Shown here: positions 27,689 through 32,000 of the stretch, piece by piece
How positions within the stretch are numbered: position 1 is the first letter of the stretch
Layout: each line of letters opens with the position of its first letter
Origin: a cyanobacterium endosymbiont of Braarudosphaera bigelowii
Lineage (GTDB): Bacteria; Cyanobacteriota; Cyanobacteriia; Cyanobacteriales; Microcystaceae
Length of the DNA stretch: 32,000 nucleotides
NCBI RefSeq assembly: GCF_020885515.1
Contig: NZ_AP024987.1
Location: 240,001 to 272,000, forward strand
Direction of reading: 5' to 3'
Notes under the pieces: model-generated
Told to the model about the DNA's origin: nothing
The model's database searches: none
What the model saw: only the letters and a program-made list of their open reading frames with translations
Program-made: the position numbers and the translations under genes

Positions 27689-28837
27689 TTGAAATTTATG
27701 TTTAAGATAGTTCAATCTTTTTATCCTCTCTTCTTATACTTAATTAAAAATTATCCGGAAAAAGCTCATCATATTTTTCTAAAAAGTTTAAACTTTTTAA
27801 ACAAAAAACGTTATACCTTTTTTGGAAATTATTTATTATCAAATATAAGAAATTCTTTCTGCTATAGTGATACCCGTCTTAAGCAGACTTTGTGGGGACT
27901 TGATTTTAATATTCCTGTAGGATTAGCTGCTGGGTTCGATAAAGATGGTTTGGCAACAAGTATATGGGACTGTTTTGGTTTTGGATTTATCGAGATTGGA
28001 GCTGTTACTCTTCATCCTCAAGTCGGTAATTTGAAACCAAGATTGTTTCGTCTACCTTTAGATACAGCAATCTTAAACAGATTAGGTGCAAACAATGATG
28101 GTGCTGTATCTATTGCTAAAAGATTGACAATGGACAGTAAAATAGAGCCTTTTAAAGTTCCAGTTGGTATTAATTTATGTAAATCAAAAATTACTCCTCT
28201 AAATTTAGCTGTCGATGATTATTTGGGCAGTTTTCATCATCTTGAGTCTTGCGTAAATTATTTTACTATTAATGTGAGTTCTCCTAATACACCTGGTCTT
28301 AGGATACTACAAGAAGAAAAACATTTAGAAACTATCCTATATAAATTACAGCTCGAAAATAAATATAATAAACCCTTGTTTATTAAAATTTCTCCTGATT
28401 TAAACTGGGAATCCATTAGAACTATTATCGCATTATCTAAAACTTATAATCTATCAGGTATTGTTGCTACTAATACGACTACGAAGCGTGAAAGCTTAAA
28501 AACTGTAATTTTAAAAACAACAGGAAATTATATTGAAAAAGAACTTGGAGGTATTAGTGGAAAGCCAATCTGTGAAAGGTCAACGGAAGTGATCAGATTT
28601 ATATATAAGGAGACGAAAGGTACATTGCCTATAATTGGAGTAGGAGGAATTTTTACAGCAAAAGATGCTTGGAATAAAATTGCTGCAGGAGCTACGCTAT
28701 TACAATTATACACAGGTTGGATATACCAAGGACCTTGGTGCATACCAGAAATATCAAGAGGACTAGCTCTTCAATTAGAGAAACATAAACTATCTCATAT
28801 TTCCCAAGTTATAGGTAGTGAAATTCCATTTTCTTAA
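27689..28837 (+). CDS. pyrD: Dihydroorotate dehydrogenase (quinone), class 2
   Basis: 382 aa. The motifs are GLAAGFDKDG, GFGFIEIGAVT, NVSSPNTPGLR (Ser catalytic base) and GVGGI. It has an N-terminal hydrophobic extension typical of membrane-associated class 2 enzymes. The ORF begins with TTG at 27689. An ATG alternative is at 27698. Confidence 0.9.
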   Translation: MKFMFKIVQSFYPLFLYLIKNYPEKAHHIFLKSLNFLNKKRYTFFGNYLLSNIRNSFCYSDTRLKQTLWGLDFNIPVGLAAGFDKDGLATSIWDCFGFGFIEIGAVTLHPQVGNLKPRLFRLPLDTAILNRLGANNDGAVSIAKRLTMDSKIEPFKVPVGINLCKSKITPLNLAVDDYLGSFHHLESCVNYFTINVSSPNTPGLRILQEEKHLETILYKLQLENKYNKPLFIKISPDLNWESIRTIIALSKTYNLSGIVATNTTTKRESLKTVILKTTGNYIEKELGGISGKPICERSTEVIRFIYKETKGTLPIIGVGGIFTAKDAWNKIAAGATLLQLYTGWIYQGPWCIPEISRGLALQLEKHKLSHISQVIGSEIPFS

Positions 28838-28854
28838 AAAGAAGGGTAGTATTT

Positions 28855-29115
28855 TTAGGTTTGCTTATTATTCTTTGCATAAGCTTTGGCCGAGGCTTTA
28901 ATCCAAGTAGTAATAGCGATTCCAAGAGGAAGTATCATAACGCCGAGACCTGTTATTAAAGAATTCTGGCGAGCGAAAGAACTATTCATTAGTAGAAGAA
29001 CAATACAACCACAATACAGCAAACCAAGTAAAGGTAGCCCTATCACAAGAATAGAAAACTTAGTATCTTTATCCATAAAAGCCCTTATAAATAATTGAGA
29101 TATTGATTTATTCAA
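28855..29115 (-). CDS. Small hypothetical membrane protein (two predicted TM helices)
   Basis: 86 aa. It has FSILVIGLPLLGLLYCGCIVLLLM and LITGLGVMILPLGIAITTWI, followed by a basic tail. I prefer it over the overlapping + strand ORF because of its coherent TM/charge layout. No homology was recognised. Confidence 0.4.
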   Translation of the reverse strand: MNKSISQLFIRAFMDKDTKFSILVIGLPLLGLLYCGCIVLLLMNSSFARQNSLITGLGVMILPLGIAITTWIKASAKAYAKNNKQT

Positions 29116-29576
29116 AAATAATTACATATAAATACATTGTTTTTAGATCTATATAAAAATAATGCATTTATACTCATAATAATTAAAGATAAAGCCATTT
29201 GATTAGCATTATATACTAGAAACAAGAGAATTTATAAATTTAATAGATGATAATCCATTAGTATTAAACTACCTAGAAAGATTTTTCCTAATAAACATAT
29301 ATTGCTACTGAAAACTCTACTAAATTAATTAGTTTTACTTTACCTTTAAGGAAATAATATTATTAAATAATCCGTCTATAGAACACGAATAAATAGTAGT
29401 TAATATTACAAATGTTATTCCTATGATAATGTTCTTAGTATTCTTTTAAAATCTCATGTTAACTGAATATAAAATTTACTTTATTATATATATATTACTT
29501 CCTGTCTAGAAATTACTTGAATTTGTTTAAGATAATAATACTATATTGTTTTACTAATCAATTAAATTATTAACTG

Positions 29577-29631
29577 ATTAAATTTATTCTAAGATTATTT
29601 TTTAAAATAATAATCTTAGAATAAATTTAAT
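29577..29631. repeat. 55-bp palindrome (23-bp perfect arms, 9-nt AT spacer) in a divergent spacer
   Basis: 29577-29599 is the exact reverse complement of 29609-29631. The spacer is TTTTAAAAT. It lies 190 bp upstream of the M16 peptidase ATG and about 460 bp upstream of the small minus-strand ORF. Confidence 0.85.
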
Positions 29632-29820
29632 TAATGATAACCAATGATAAAAATCATCAAAGAATATTTAGTACTTGTATTATTTCTTAAATAACTAATC
29701 ATCTATAATGAAGGTTGGAGGTTTTTCAACATATGGACGAACAAACATAAGGTTTATTTATATATTGACAAACTTTATTTAAAAACGATAATTATTAATC
29801 AACTCTGCTCTATTTATTTT

Positions 29821-31383
29821 ATGATCACTAACTTGTTTAAATTATTTTGTTTAATTGGTTATTCTGTCAGTATCATTTATATTTTCTCTTTTTTATATGG
29901 AAGCGGAGATAGCTCTGCCCTTGCAAAAGATACTACTTCTAATTCATCTTTCTCTACTTTTCCTTATCTTGAACATGCTGCTAAGCAAATAAATGAATTT
30001 ACTCTTGATAATGGTATGAAATTCATTGTTATGGAAAACCATAGTGCACCTGTAATATCTTTTGTAACTTATGCAGATGTTGGAGGAGTTGATGAACCTA
30101 AGAATAAAACCGGAGTAGCACACTTCCTAGAACATCTAGCTTTTAAAGGAACTACAGAAATTGGAACAACAAATTACACTGAAGAAAAAGAGATACTAAG
30201 TAATTTAGATCATGTTTTTACTCTTATAGAAGAAGCAAAAAGTAGAAATGATAATGCTAATGTTCAATTATTGACTGAAGAATTTCATATCTTACAAGCT
30301 GAAGCTCATAATTATGTTAAACAGAACGAATTTGGGCGTATTGTTGAGACAGCGGGAGGTGTTAATATTAATGCTGCAACCTCTCCAGATTCTACTATTT
30401 ATTTTTATAGTTTTCCTTCAAATAAATTAGAGTTATGGATGTCCTTAGAGTCACAACGTTTTTTAAATCCGGTATTTCGAGAATTCTATAAAGAAAAAAA
30501 TATTATACTAGAAGAACGTCGTCTTAGAACAGAAAATAATCCTATTGGTAAGATGGTAGAAGCTTTTCTAGATACTGCTTTCATTCAACATCCTTACAAG
30601 CGTCCAGTGATTGGTTATAATAAAGATATTAATGGTTTAACTCGTAAAGACGTTCAAGACTTCTTCAATATTTATTATGGACCAAATAATTTAACGATCT
30701 CTATTGTGGGAGATGTGAAATTTGAACAAGTAAGGAATTTGGCTGAAGTATATTTCGGACGTTATCCTTCTAAGGCAGAACCACCTAAAATATCTGTAGT
30801 AGAGCCAAAACAAACAGAAGCTCGTGAAATTACATTAAATCTTGATTCTCAACCTTGGTATTTAGAAGGATATCATGTACCTTCTTTAGATCATCCTGAC
30901 AATGTTGTTTATCAAGTAATTTCTAATATATTGAGTTCTGGACGTACATCTCGTCTTTATAAATCTTTAGTTGAAGATAAACAAGTGGCCTTAGTAGCTC
31001 AAGGTTTGAGTGGTTATCCATCAGATAAATATCCTAATTTAATGCTTTTTTATGCACAAACTTCTCCTCAAGCATCAGTCGAAGAAGTCGCGAAAGCCTT
31101 GTCATTAGAAATTGAGAAACTAAAAGTACAACCTGTTTCTGAACAAGAATTAGAAAAAGCTAAAAATAAATTAAGAGCTAGTCTATTACGTTCTCTTGAT
31201 TCTAATTTGGGGATGGCTCGTGCTTTAGTAGAATATGAAGTAAAAACAGGTAAATGGCATAATCTTTTCAGTCAAGTTCAGGCTTTAGAAGCCGTTACGG
31301 CTGAAGATATTGAAAGAGTTGCAAAAATTACTTTTAGGTCAGAAAATATGACAGTCGGACGTATACTACCTAAAAGACAATAA
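29821..31383 (+). CDS. M16-family (pitrilysin/insulinase-like) zinc peptidase
   Basis: 520 aa. It has an N-terminal hydrophobic signal/anchor (LFCLIGYSVSIIYIFSFL), the inverted zinc motif HFLEHLAFKG (HxxEH), a downstream Glu in ILEERR, and a two-domain M16 length. Confidence 0.9.
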   Translation: MITNLFKLFCLIGYSVSIIYIFSFLYGSGDSSALAKDTTSNSSFSTFPYLEHAAKQINEFTLDNGMKFIVMENHSAPVISFVTYADVGGVDEPKNKTGVAHFLEHLAFKGTTEIGTTNYTEEKEILSNLDHVFTLIEEAKSRNDNANVQLLTEEFHILQAEAHNYVKQNEFGRIVETAGGVNINAATSPDSTIYFYSFPSNKLELWMSLESQRFLNPVFREFYKEKNIILEERRLRTENNPIGKMVEAFLDTAFIQHPYKRPVIGYNKDINGLTRKDVQDFFNIYYGPNNLTISIVGDVKFEQVRNLAEVYFGRYPSKAEPPKISVVEPKQTEAREITLNLDSQPWYLEGYHVPSLDHPDNVVYQVISNILSSGRTSRLYKSLVEDKQVALVAQGLSGYPSDKYPNLMLFYAQTSPQASVEEVAKALSLEIEKLKVQPVSEQELEKAKNKLRASLLRSLDSNLGMARALVEYEVKTGKWHNLFSQVQALEAVTAEDIERVAKITFRSENMTVGRILPKRQ

Positions 31384-32000
31384 GATAGTTATATATTTTT
31401 TCAATTAATTATTAGAAATAGAAGAAATGTAACTCATAAGCTTTAATTACTAAAACTAATTCAGATTGTGCTTACTCTTCTGTTATTTTTGGATATAAAA
31501 GTAATTTCTCGCATGTTACAGTATAAAAAATGTTAACAGAGCTAATGTACATTATTAGCCACAGTTTTTATATTTAAATATTTTGTATTTCTTATCTCAT
31601 TAAATTTATGTAAAAGCTCTATAGTCTGATAGGCTCGTCAAAACCTTTACTAGATAATTTTTTTTAAAGAATAAATATTAGGTTATTTTCTCTTATTAAC
31701 TATTAAGTATAAAAAGTGTAATTAGTGGTTGATAAAAATTAGCTAAGCCACAGTATAGTATTTTTAATACTAAAAGTTCTAAATATTAAAAGTGCAAATG
31801 TATCACTGAATTTCAAAGCTTATTGGAAAAACTTTTACAAAACTTAATGGTATTTTAACCTAGTTGAGCTTAGATTATATTTAATAATTGCTTCGTAGAT
31901 ATTCTTTTCTTTACCAGCTAAACTTTTTATAAAACAATCTAATAAAATTAAAATTTATGACGTCTCAAACAAAAATAAATTCTTCTTCCTATAAAATCTC

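Noticed and set aside
28886-29098. 70-aa + strand ORF overlapping the small membrane-protein ORF.
   Set aside because: The minus-strand alternative (28855-29115) has two clean TM helices and a basic tail. The + strand product has no recognisable features. Only one can be real, and even the chosen one has low confidence.
5940-29631. Whether the long palindromes constitute a CRISPR-like array or a dispersed mobile repeat family (MITE/REP).
   Set aside because: They are single, widely scattered and share no sequence with one another. I saw no regular repeat-spacer periodicity, no flanking direct duplications, and no cas or transposase genes in the window.
31958-32000. ATG at 31958 (MTSQTKINSSSYKI...) running open to the window edge. 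It might be the second of a pair of M16 peptidase genes, a common cyanobacterial arrangement.
   Set aside because: Only 14 codons are visible and there is no diagnostic motif. It cannot be supported from this window.

Overview
This is a strongly AT-rich cyanobacterial chromosomal segment (about 30% GC by eye, not computed). By summing my feature lengths, roughly three quarters of it is coding. Almost every gene is conserved housekeeping. The genes I can identify are:
- Carbon and sugar-nucleotide metabolism: pyruvate kinase, a UDP-glucuronate decarboxylase plus UDP-glucose dehydrogenase pair, and zwf-opcA.
- Pyrimidine synthesis: pyrB and pyrD.
- Tetrapyrrole synthesis: a divergent hemN/acsF pair.
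- Nitrogen and sulfur assimilation: glnA and a cysteine synthase.
- Translation: rpmI-rplT, rplI and tRNA-Ala(GGC).
- Other: an SLH/OprB-type outer-membrane porin, clpP, a Crp-family regulator, an ArsR-family regulator divergent from a pentapeptide-repeat protein, an M16 peptidase, a DUF123/GIY-YIG protein and a few lineage-specific hypotheticals.

The gene content is the oxidative pentose phosphate module, chlorophyll cyclase, GlnA and an SLH porin. Together with extreme AT bias and long gene-free spacers, it suggests a genome-reduced unicellular cyanobacterium. That could be a Crocosphaera/Cyanothece-lineage symbiont such as UCYN-A, but this is inference only.

I found no CRISPR array, transposase, integrase, phage gene, toxin-antitoxin pair or recognisable defence cassette, and no convincing novel multi-gene system. 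The signals the genes do not explain are non-coding:
- A set of unusually long, sequence-unique, perfect AT-rich palindromes (87 bp, 66 bp, 62 bp, 55 bp). Two of them sit where a terminator is not expected.
- A 1.35 kb gene-free stretch with start-less or frameshifted ORF remnants.
- Candidate regulatory repeats in three divergent promoter regions.
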